Shown here in pieces: positions 12,802-24,800 of a DNA stretch of 64,000 bases; position 1 is the stretch's first letter; the number at the start of each line of letters is the position of its first letter. The translations under genes and the position numbers were made by a program. Where the stretch lies: the NCBI GenBank assembly GCA_002633005.1, contig NMRA01000027.1:471265-535264 (forward strand), read 5' to 3'. Origin of the DNA: Phoronis australis. Lineage: Eukaryota > Animalia > Phoronida. The notes under the pieces are model-generated. The model did not search any database and had not been told where the DNA came from. It was given only the letters and a program-made list of their open reading frames with translations.

Positions 12802-15800
12802 ATGGCTGATCTTCAGGCAAAGTACCAAAAACTTGCTTCTGAGTTTGCAAAGGTTTGTATACACTTGTTTGTGTACACTTGTTAGTATACAGTTGTTTTT
12901 CTAGCTAGCCAGCTACCTGTATGTTAGCCAGCCAGCTAGCTGTATGAAGACTGTCGGCAAAATACGGCTAGGTACCACTATGTGTATTTCTTCCGTAGAA
13001 CCCGAAATTGCACACAGCCAAGGTAGTTCTGCTCGTCACCTCGTCGTGAAACTTGTGTCAACATGTAAAGACCGGACGGGGTGCATGCAAAATCTGGGAA
13101 TCAACCGACACTCACCTTGCCCGTTACAACCGTTTATGTGAAAAACAATGCAATAAACGTCATTTTCTTGCGTAACTCTCTGCCTTTTCTAACAATGAAA
13201 AGTATGTCGTCATTTTCAAAACAGTACGCTTGTGTCACGCGCACGTGCCATTTCCTAAATTTTTGCGACATCTCTCGGGAGATGATGATAATTTGGCAGC
13301 AGCAAAATTTCTTCTGAAATTCGGTTTTTCGGTATCAAAATTCTGAAAACTTATAATGAAGTGAAACCAGTTCCGATAATTTGTTGTGACGTTACGCAAC
13401 CTCGTGAAAGAACAATTACAGTTGATTGAATTAAGAATCGTCGAAAAAAGAAACTCAGCCAATAGGTGACGCAATATTTCATGGTGCCGCAAGCCGTCGC
13501 TTAAGATCGCTCCACAACTTTACGTAGACAATAACGGTAGAACGCTATTTTTTCCAACAGCGTTAAATAATTTAGTTTACTCAAGGAAGACTGTAGTTTT
13601 TAATGACTTTAATTTTGTGTCAGATTTTATCTTACTACTTTTTTACCCACATCGGTGCAAAGCTGTATATTTAGTATACAGCTTTGTACCAAGGCTATTG
13701 TTTTTCCTGCTTTTACTGAACTCATGCATTTTGTTTATTATTAAAATTGGATGATTGCTTGATTCAGCGATTGCCTGGGCTACTTGATGAGTAGACCTTA
13801 GGCAGAGACCACCGTCTCTAGCTAGCTCCAATAGAGATGGAGAAGCTTCACACACTGGAATTTTTGTTGTGAATTATGCCCCACACTTTTTAAACCATCA
13901 CAGTTACATTGTTATAAATACCTTTTGTGCAGCCATAGAGGGACACCTTCGGAGACCGACCGTCGATGTCCTTAGTTCCTTCCAACTTGAACAAATTCTC
14001 CCATAGTCAAACTATTTCTTCGAGCAGACCTTTGTTCACTTGCCCAAATCGGCAACTAGCTATTTTTACACTGCGCGTGCTCCTATTTTTATTGTGCCTG
14101 CCAGGAGCGTGCACAGTGTTAAAAATGGCCAGTTGCCGATTTGGCCAACTGAACAAAGGACTGCTCGAAGAAATAGTTTGTTTACGGGAGTATTTGTTGT
14201 AGTTGGAATGAATTAAATGCATCGACTGCTTCTTAGGTGTCCTTCTTTGTGCAAAATGCACTTATAACAACCTGACTTTGATATTTTAATCAGTTTGAGG
14301 CATAATTCGCCAAAAAGCTTCCGTTTCTACTGGGGCCAGCTAGAGAGGGTGATTACTGTATGCTCGATGAGCTGCCCAGGTCTAGCCAGAAACCAGTGTG
14401 TTTCCGAAATTCCCTGCCACTTTGCGGTTAGTAGGGTAGTATTCTTTAGGGAAAAACAAGGTGAGTTTCTGGATTATCTCAGAATTAATTTTTTGAAAAT
14501 AGTCGTTCTCTCCATCAGTGAAGTTGAAGACTGGACTTCACTACTGTCAATGTGCCCAGAGTCAAACAGAACAGAGGGTTATGGGAGGTCACCCGTCTGT
14601 CACTCATGCCTGTAAAACAAACTGCTGCTTTTGCCTGAGCAGACAAAAATGAAGACCAAGGAAAAGAGTGATTATGTGTACAAGATGATGAGGACAATAA
14701 GTTAGATTTAAGATGTGTTTGGAATCAGCAATTTTAAAAAGAGGATTTAGTTTAATATCAAGCTTGGCCACGAGGTAATTAGTGCAATGACCCCAATAAT
14801 GTGGCTTCAGCAGGTATAGTGCACTGCAGATGGCACCGGGCCATCTGCCTATTTTTTTGCCACGGAAGTGGAGTCGAATTGTTAACATCAATGTGTTGGA
14901 ATTTTATAGTGGAAGGTAATCATAGGACTCAGTTAGCTTTGTATATGGTCAGTGTTACAGTACTGTATTGCTAAAATGGTGATTGTCATTTTAAGGAGTC
15001 TTGATTTTTAAGAACCAATTTATACCTATGAATAACAGTCATTATTCAGTCATGACCATATAATAAAATAATTGCAGGCGTTCTGATACACGTTGTACCA
15101 GACGTGCGCAGGCCTCACATGTGGGCCCATTGCACTGATCACCTGGAAATATTCTTATGCTTTATTAATATATGGTTAAAACCAAGCTGAGGAACTAGAA
15201 ACGTGGCTCAAGGGTTTAGCAGTGTGACCTGTTGTGACTCGAACCCACGACCTCGAGTAATGAAACCGGGCACTTATCAACCAGGCCACACTGTCTCCTC
15301 CAGTCATGACCAGTGAATAACAGGATTATTTGGTGATCACCTGACTCTCAATGTCAGGAACCACCAAAATTGACAATTGCCTCTAAAATGCTAAAATTAC
15401 AAATTTGTCTGCTTGTATTACAGCTGAGAGCACAAATTCCTGTGTTGAAAAAAGCTGTCGTGGATGAACAAGATAAGGAAAAAGAGCTCAAGGTTTGACA
15501 AAAAATCAGGAACTACTAGCGACCTTGTTTATCTCGTCATCACATATCTCTTTAGTCTGCATAAATTGCCACTTTTTATTGGTCCTGATTACGCGCCCAT
15601 TCATTTACGGCGACAAGCATGATTGTGGCAGCTTGAGATCATGCAAAGTTGACGTCTTTATAATAAGAAATCTGACTTGCAAAGAACTGTCAATCAAAAT
15701 CAAGACTTCACTCAATCTATCAATAGAATTTTAAAGATTCAACCCTTCACAACCCAGTTTCTAATTGCTAACCTCTAAAGTATTGAATAAACTATAACCT

Positions 15801-18800
15801 GCACTTGCGCCTGGCCTTTGCATTCTTCAGTTATCATGTTTTCTGAGTTATACTCAACTCACACTTGATTTCGCAGTGCAATCACATTAATAGCCCTAGA
15901 AGGTGTTGGACGTAATATGTAACTGTAAACAAAAATTGTTTTTATTTGTATTGTCAATGTACCACGCCAATTTAATTCAGGATAAAACCATTAATACCAA
16001 CGTACAGCTGCAAATTAGGCATGGGATCGGCACCACGAAACGAGCTGTGATTGGCAACAACTTACTACAAAACCTGCAATTGAGCGCATGCTCCTAATTA
16101 TTGAGGTGCACAGCTGAAATTAGGCACAAGCGCCTATAAGTGGGAGATTTAAGTAGAAAAATGTTGCGAAAAAGTGCATTATTTTGCATGTAGGTGCATA
16201 GACATGCATGTACAAGGAGACCTGCATGCGCCTAATTGCAAAGCTTAGGCACATCGCCTATGTGTGAAACATTGATCAGATAAATCTTGCAAAAATTTGT
16301 ATGTTGTCACTTAGATAAGTGGTCACTTTTTTCGCAAGCAGTCACAAACTGTATTTCTCTAGCCAGAATTCACCTCTAACCTGAGTAAGGGACAAACTGA
16401 GCTACTTTTGGTGGGGGGGAGAGGGTGAAGGGTTTTTTTGATCTGTGAAATGGCAAAAACAAGAATGGCATTTTTGCTATTCGTGAACCACCATGAACAT
16501 GGTTGCTGTCATGAATTGGGAAATTAGTCCAAATCTGTGAAGGTGTACGAAAACTGGAGTGACTACGACTGTATTACAGATGTACCATAGCTGTCACAAG
16601 TTGGCACAAGACCCAGTGTATCCGCATTTAACAATTTACCTGGTCACAAGTTTACTCAGACTCTTATATGAGACCATTTACTGTACAGTAATTCTTAATT
16701 TATTTCACACATAATTGCAAAAATTGTAATTTCTATTCTTCAAAAAGTGACTACAAGTAATAGAACCTCATTCTATGACATCTACACCGTACATACAAAG
16801 CCAATAATAACATTCAGTTCTTGCTGCAAGCTATAAGGAGCCTAATTAATGTGTGTTAGACTTGGATTAATTGGTATTTTCTGGATATTGAACTAGTAAT
16901 TTTTATTTCTGTGTCAAGTTCATGTATTCTAATTGACGATGTATACACATAAACGTTGTGGAAAATTGCTTCACTGATCTTATAATACATTAAAGAATTC
17001 ACTTTTTATGCCTTTTTAGGAGGTGATCAAAGAAAAGGACCAGTTCATTCGCAAGTTTGAGCAAGAGATCGACAGCCTTACATTTAGGAATCAGCAGCTC
17101 TCTAAGAGAGTCCTGCTTTTACAAGATGAACTAGACAACTTGGAGTCCAAGGGAAAAAAGGGCAAGGTTTGTAGCGTTAGTGTCGATCCACCATGATCTT
17201 GTTCTATGTTAAGAAGAGTTTTAATTTAGAATTGCTCCCTCAAACTTGTTTTTCCATTGACGTGCAATATTTTTATTTAGTGAAACCTAACAACTGCAGT
17301 GAAAATTCTTAAACTTTGGTGTGATGTGACTGACGAGTAGAATTATGTTAACTTTCTTAATGAAGAAAGTTTTGATGAGCTATTTCTTGTTACACGTTAT
17401 TAGCTTGGTTTGTATGGTGCAAGTATTACTAAATAATGTTGGCGATATTTTGAACACATAAAGTAAACCTTTAAAATTGCAATTGCGACAACTGTTTTTT
17501 ATCTCAAATTGATGAACTTTTACATGATTGTGTTCAGAAACCTTTATTGTAAACAAGCGTTGTCTTCACAATACATGTTATGATACAGTTTTACAATGAT
17601 GATAAAATCTTTAGTAGGTAAGTTAGTGCTGCTGTTTTGGAAATGCCAAGTATGTCGATGTGTTAAAAACATTGGAAATAATTTTACTTTGGCTCTAAAT
17701 TTGCCTTGTATTGTGGGTAGTATTTCTGGTAGTACATTTCATTTTAGAATGTCCTGTACTGAACAGAGGCACAAAATATGGATTTCATTTTAAATCTAGC
17801 TATTGTTGCAACTATCCCGTACTCAAATTCTTTCATCCTCGTCATTCCTAAATTCCACCGTGCATCACAAACACCTGAAATTTATTGGGTGTATATCTCA
17901 AAAAGGGTTCTGAATAGTATATAATTTCTAATAGTGACTTAAAATTTGTTTTTATAGACCAATGAAAATGTTGTTTTCTGATTAGCCCTTAATTGCGTAG
18001 TGTCAAGTTTTAATGTTTTAAATAATGTGTCATAATTCTGATCAAAATCAATGTTAGCCAGTCCAGGAGTTGGCATTAAAGATGCTGTGCCTTATTGTCT
18101 GTTACATTATGTACTTTGAATTCTTTTCTCATGTGATTAATTGGATTGAAATTAAAATGTGACTTATTGTTATCAGTTGAATAGTTCGTGCGTTTATTAA
18201 TTTGAGATATCACCGTCTTAATATCTCTTTAGTAGTTGGATGATGAATAGAAAAACCACGCTGTCCGATAATGCAGCTCTTTGCTATTGTAATGCTCTTT
18301 CTACAACTCTTGCTGAATCCATTAACGCTGTTGAACTTTGGAACTGCTGAAGCTGGTTAGAGTTGGTTAGAACTGGTTATGACAGTTTTGATGTTTCTAA
18401 ACCAATATACAGTCTCTGACTTAAATGCCCAGCTATTAAACTATGGGAGACATCACGGCCAGTGTCATGAATATTCTCTTTTTGGCATGATTATTCTCCT
18501 TTCTGTTATGAATATTTTGTTTGTGTTATGGATATTCTCATTTTGTCATGAATCTTCTTTTGTGTTATCATTATTCTCTTTGAGTTATGAACATATATCT
18601 CTTTTTGTCATGAAAATTCTCTTTTTGTCATGATTATTGGCTTTTTTGGTGATGAATACTCCCTTTTTGTTATGAATTTTTTCTTTTTGTAACGAATACT
18701 TTGTTTTTTGTCATCAATATTCTCTTTTTGTTGCAATTATTTTCTTTTTGTTATGAAAATTCTAGTTTTGTTATCAATATGCTCTTTTTGTCGTGAACAT

Positions 18801-21800
18801 TCTCCTTATCTCATTGCAGCAGCAACACAGCCGGTCAAACAGTGACACCTCTGGTATTATGCCTGATGCCAACAATGAGATATTCAGCCAGGAACTCCAG
18901 AGCAAAATTGAAGAGAATGCTCGCCTGCACAAGCAGGTTTGTTATGTTCAGCAGTTAATTACTGCTGAAAAATGTGATGATTGTGTTTTACAAGAGCTGC
19001 AATGGTAAAAGCGACCAAACAGTTTGGCAGAGGCTTTTCTGAATTCATCAAAACAAGTTTGATTGTGATCGAATGCAAAAGTTTGGTAGAGATTGCCAGT
19101 GTAAATGGGGCTTAACAAAATGCGGTTAAATAGATTTTGCTGTTACTAAGGATCAAATTTCTTAAATAATTTACCTTTTAAGTATTTGTACTAGACCCTT
19201 AAAACTATGTTTTTGAAGTCTTTAATGATTACAGAATTTTGTTAAGGCTATGCCCTGATGGTCTCAATGAAGACATGTAACTGACAGTATTAATAAAAAA
19301 ATAAGTTTTGTCAACTTCAGCATGTTTTGGTGTCTCAAACATTATCATCAGGACAAGCAGTCGAGGCCATGCAACAATCTTGACAGTGAACAGTGGAGCT
19401 ATCAGCACGCATCATAGCCACAAATCATCAAAGACAAGTCATAAGACCAGTGACAGCCTGTTGTGTGCCAGCTACTTACTCAGTTCAGGCTTGAGCCATC
19501 TGATGTGGATTGACTCGCTGATTTTGAGTTCCTTTGTTGTTTCAGCCTGATTCAGAATACTAAAGCATTTGGTGAATGTGCATTCAACATTGCAGTGGCT
19601 GGATCTCCACAAATGGCTATGATGCGTTCTGATAGCTCTACTGTACACTGTGTGGGTCAAGATTGTTAAATGACCCTGATTGCTTGTTCTGGTGATGATG
19701 TTTGAGACATTGAAACGGATTGAAGTTGAAAAATCTCATTGTTTTTACTAACAATGCCCTTTCTTCATGCACATCACAAATGATGGTCATTTGACCAATC
19801 TGTTTACACACATTACAAATGAGGATAATTTGACCTTATTTACACACATTACAAATGATTATAGTCCAACCTATGTCTTTACTCACATTACAAACGGTGA
19901 TCATTTAATCTTTCATTACACACATTACAAATGATGATAGTTTGACCTACATTCACACATCATGACTTCCAGGTGTTTGAGGTTGATCAAGAGTATAAAG
20001 CCAACATGATGAGCCTTCAGGACCGCCTGACAGTGTTAGAGCGTGAGTCGAGTCAACACCAGGACATACTCAACTCAACTAGTGTCAAGAATAGGGCTAT
20101 GATAGAGAAACTGCAGGAGGAGAAGGCCATGCTAGAGGTATGTGTGAAGCGCCGTAGTTCAAAGGTCATGTAGGCCCATGGCACTATAGTTGATTGGATT
20201 GACTGTACCTATTGTATAAATAAAAGTTGAGAGATGATATGTAGTGCAATAAGATCTATAGTGTTGGGAAGTTTCATTGGTCTGAATTTAATCATCGCCA
20301 TCATTCAATGCTCTCTATTTTTTGACTTAATAACTGCCAAAGAGCCCTACTTATCCGTACACGAGTGCTTAACCTGAGCCAGATATTCACCCTGGCCACC
20401 TGTGAAATTGAAGTCCATGGACCCAAACTTCAAAGGATTTGTTGCTGTCATGAAAGTTAAATCAGTGCTGTCTTACTGATGCATTAAGTACACAACTTGA
20501 AATAAGAGAAAGTACATGTTGAAAAAGTACTCGCCAAGATTCTAGGACGGACGTGCCATATGAATGTTGTCAAAGTCAAAATTTAAGCACAAACTTCCCC
20601 TTTGGTTCCCACTGCTCAAGTCTTGCAACTCGAATGGTTGAAAAGTATCCTATTAAAATCTTCCACTAGGCGTTACATGCACAGGCAGAAGAAGTTACTG
20701 ATGCCCAAGAATTATGCAATGCATATTTCACAAGAAACAATCTAGTTATGTGTAAAGTTACATAACTGGTTTGCAGATAATAAATTTTCACTTGTCCCCC
20801 ATTTTTTCATCCTCAATTTATGTAATTTTACTGTTAATGTCAGCTTGACCTATTAAATTTAAATGTTTGCGGCAAGTTTACACCAAGAAATTGTGCAGTA
20901 CCATCAGACTACAGAGCCTTTGGATCACGAGAAATTTTGGGCCTGTTAACATGCAATATGTCACATGTATTTAATCATTTGTTTTGAAGGTTTGTTGATA
21001 TAGAGAAATGGTGAATCATCTCAGTGTTTATTGATTGGCAGGTGTAGCAAGATGTAAAGAACTACCGCAGTCTTAAAGAAAAAACGCAATTTTCATTTGC
21101 AGAAATTTCGAAAACTTTTAACCACTGTATAAAATAGTACTTGCATTAAAATTTTGGTTTTTGGTTTATAGCATTGTATTTCCCAAAACTGTTGCTCTTT
21201 GTTTGTTTACTGCATGTTCTTCACAAAGTATTATTATAAAATATTTTGTATTTCAGGTCAGATTGCAGAGCAAGGAAAAAGAAGTGAAAGAAGCTAAGAT
21301 GAGATATTCAAATGCGTATGTCTGAATGTGTAGCTTGCTAATATGAAATATTCATTATGTGTGTCTGAAAGATGAGATATTCATACGTGTCTGTCTGAAT
21401 AGCTTGCTAAGAAAGGTGAGATATTCAAATGTGTGTGTCTGAATGAGTAACTTGGTATAAAAAAAGATGAGATATTCATATGTGTGTGTCTGAATGAGTA
21501 ACTTGGTAAAAAAGATGAGATATTCATATGTGTGTTTCTGAATAAGTAGCTTGCTAGAAAGATTAGATATTCATACGTGTGTGTCTAAATAGCTTGCTTA
21601 GGAAGGTGAGATATTCATATGTGTGTCTGAATGTGAAGCTTGCTAAGAAAGAGTAAATATTCATGTGTGTGTATCTGACTGGCATAGCTTGCTAAGATGA
21701 CATGTTCAGATGTGGGTGGCTGAATATGCACCTCCTTAAAATGAGATGTTCCATGTCTTAATGTGCAGCTTGGTAAGATGAGTTATTGCATTTGCCTGAA

Positions 21801-24800
21801 TTTGCTTTTTGCCTGTTGAATGAAGTCCTATTTAGAGCCATTATAATTTTACACAACTTTGGCTTTCTTTAGACTCTGTTGAGTAGTTAGTTTATATACC
21901 TGATATTCAACTTACTGAAGCGTTTTACATACTGTGGTTTGTGCTTTGTAGCACCCCAATTTATAGTGGAGACTCCTGACTTAAATTGATCGTATACTAG
22001 AATTGTGTACATTGGCTAACAGATTTTTTTGTTTTATTTCTGGAAAGAAACTTTCAATAATTCTTATGGTAAAATCTCATGAATTTTGGACCAAAATAAT
22101 TGCCAAAAAATCTATTTTCTCATTTTGCAGAGGTTGTGTTATAAATGTTCCTAAAATGTTGTCTGGTGATAGCTATGGTTCAGACATTGAACGTGTAAAC
22201 TGTTGTCTGGTGATAGCTGTGGTTCAGACATTGAACATGTAAAATGTTGTCTGGTGATAGCTATGGTTCAAACATTGAACATGTAAAATGTTGTCTGGTG
22301 CTAGCTATGGTTCAAACATTGAACATGTAAAATGTTGTCTGGTGATAGCTATGGTTCAAACATTGAACATGTAAAATGTTGTCTGGTGATAGCTATGGTT
22401 CAAACATTGAACATGTAAAATGTTGTCTGGTGACAGCTATGGTTTAAACATTGAACATGTAAAATTTTGTCTGGTGATAGCTATGGTTCAAACATTGAAC
22501 ATGTAAAAGCATTACTTTATTGCTACATATTTTTCATGTTAAAATTTAAAAAAAATAAAGTTTCACGTCACCACCGTAATGTGTCTTCAGTTGGTGAGAT
22601 TATACCATACTTGGGGCTACCAAGTGCTACTTGAGACTCTACTCATACCAATTAATCATGTGACATAGTTTAAGTAGCCTTAAATTTCATGCGTTGTGAT
22701 TAGATGACTTTTAAGGTGAGTCTTGAGTAAAATTTGTGTATCTCAAGCCCAATGATGTTCTGCTGTTCCTTGCAGAGAAGAACAATTACAGAATATCCAG
22801 TCGGAACTGACAACTCAACTTGCGATGGCCAATAAAACGATTCAAGACAAACTACCATTCAATGATACTAGTAAGTTGAATTGATTTTAGTTAGTACTAT
22901 TAAATAGTGAGTAAGAATTGTATTCTCCAGCTTAATATGTAACTCATGATGGTCATTAATTATGATGTCTGCTGTCAGTTTAGTAATAAGTAACTTTAGT
23001 ATTAAAGTAGAGATAAAGTGATGTCGAATTAAATTTTTGTGTGCTTGAATCACAGACACTCGAAACTGTAACTTGGTGTTTTGGAAATGCTTTCTGAATG
23101 TCGGCAATATATGGCTAACAAATTTTAATGTGAACTGCGAACTCCCATCTCCCACGCAGTGTTAATTAGGTTAAACCAAAATCACAAACTTTATCTTGAG
23201 TCAAGTTAGGAGTGTTGAATCTTCAATGTAGAATTAGTCAGTGAACTCCATTTGGTATGTGGTTTTGTCATGTATAATTCAAAATGCCAAACTTAATGTA
23301 TTAAAAACCCAAAACTAAGGTTCCTACCCCAGAACATGTACCAAAACCACGGTTTCAAAAATTATGACGTATGAGGCTGTAAAAGATGTTTTGAGAGTTC
23401 ATAGAATGTGACTTAGTGGCCTAGTTACTGTAAAGTTGGATTTATAATTGTTACGCACACACACAGCCCATGCACATGCGCACATTTGTATGTGTTTTGG
23501 GGAAGAGCGTTCCCAGATATCCCAGAACTGATGGTTGGATTTTAATGAAACTTGACGTCGAGGTATGTGACAACAATATGTCAGCACCAGTTGGTTCTCA
23601 GGTGGAGTTGATTACTTCACCACTCAATAGGGGTCGTTTCATTTTAATTTGGTGATGTTGGCAGTTATCAGGTCTGATAGTTCCCAACAAGTGCTGTGCA
23701 GAAAGAAGTAAACTTTTGGATGCTCAGTGGTGTGTCCTTTTATGTCATGTTTTGTTTCTTTGTTGCAAATGTTGAAAACTGTTTGTTTTCATTGGAAAAA
23801 TGATTTGAAGTTAGTTTGAAAATGTGAATTGCCAACACTTGTTTGTCAGGTTCTGATTATTGCAGCTACCCATGGTGGTCAAATTGTTGTCTCCTTTTAC
23901 CTTGCATGAAATTTATAAGCACCCCTAGGAACATAGCATTTGTACTGCACTGAGCAATTTAAAAGCACCCTTAGGGAAATAGCATTTGTGCTGCACTGAG
24001 CAATTTTTGTTTTGTTTCACAAGGACGCTGCTCAAGGTGTTTTCCAAACAAATTCACGATAATCCTTTAATCATTGTCTACATTCTGAACTGCTCATGCA
24101 ATGCTTATAAAGCATCTGTTGCATTAAGTAGAGGTCTTTTAAAGACTTTAAAAAGTCTTTAAAAGGTACTGGAGATTTTGCCTTCACAAGAGTAACAAAT
24201 ATTTACACATATTCTCAAAGCCAAAACATTTTATCTGCAGGCAGCAATATCAAAGTGGATGGCATGCTTTTCCTTTTTGTACCAGTTGTCAGATGTTCTT
24301 GTCTTTGGCTACAGTTCATAATTAGTTCTGTGGGATTCGATGTTAACAGAATTTTACATTGCGTATTTGTTGATCTTGTATGGGCTTTTCCATATTCTTC
24401 TTTCAGAAATCCGTGACCTGAATGCGCTAAACATCCCTACCCATGACAGGAAGTCGCAGCTGAGAATCCGCGAACTCATCTCCAAAGCAGGGCAGTTCAT
24501 CCACGACATGGTGCAAGGCTTGAAGCACTTTCACAGTTACACAGAGCAGCGGTCAAAGATATACCCCGCAGATGGCACTAGTGATCCTGTTAGTCATGTG
24601 AACACTAAGGTAGATAACACCATTGCGTGAATTGAATATTGTATGTCCCTTATGAGTTCGGAAAGAAAAATCTTGAGGGATTGTCAATGAACAAGAGTGA
24701 TGTATGTCAAAAATTGTTCTGTAATCTCTGTCACTAAATAAAAGTGCCTGCAAGTCAAGTATACCATCTGTGTGCATTTATTTGTGGCCTGATTTTGGAA

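Noticed and set aside
15230-15300. tRNA gene (A and B boxes)
   Set aside because: No intact cloverleaf; it is the head of a SINE with a TSD and a second copy.
22153-22507. 44-bp repeat with internal hairpin as a CRISPR or ncRNA array
   Set aside because: No spacers; a simple intronic tandem repeat.
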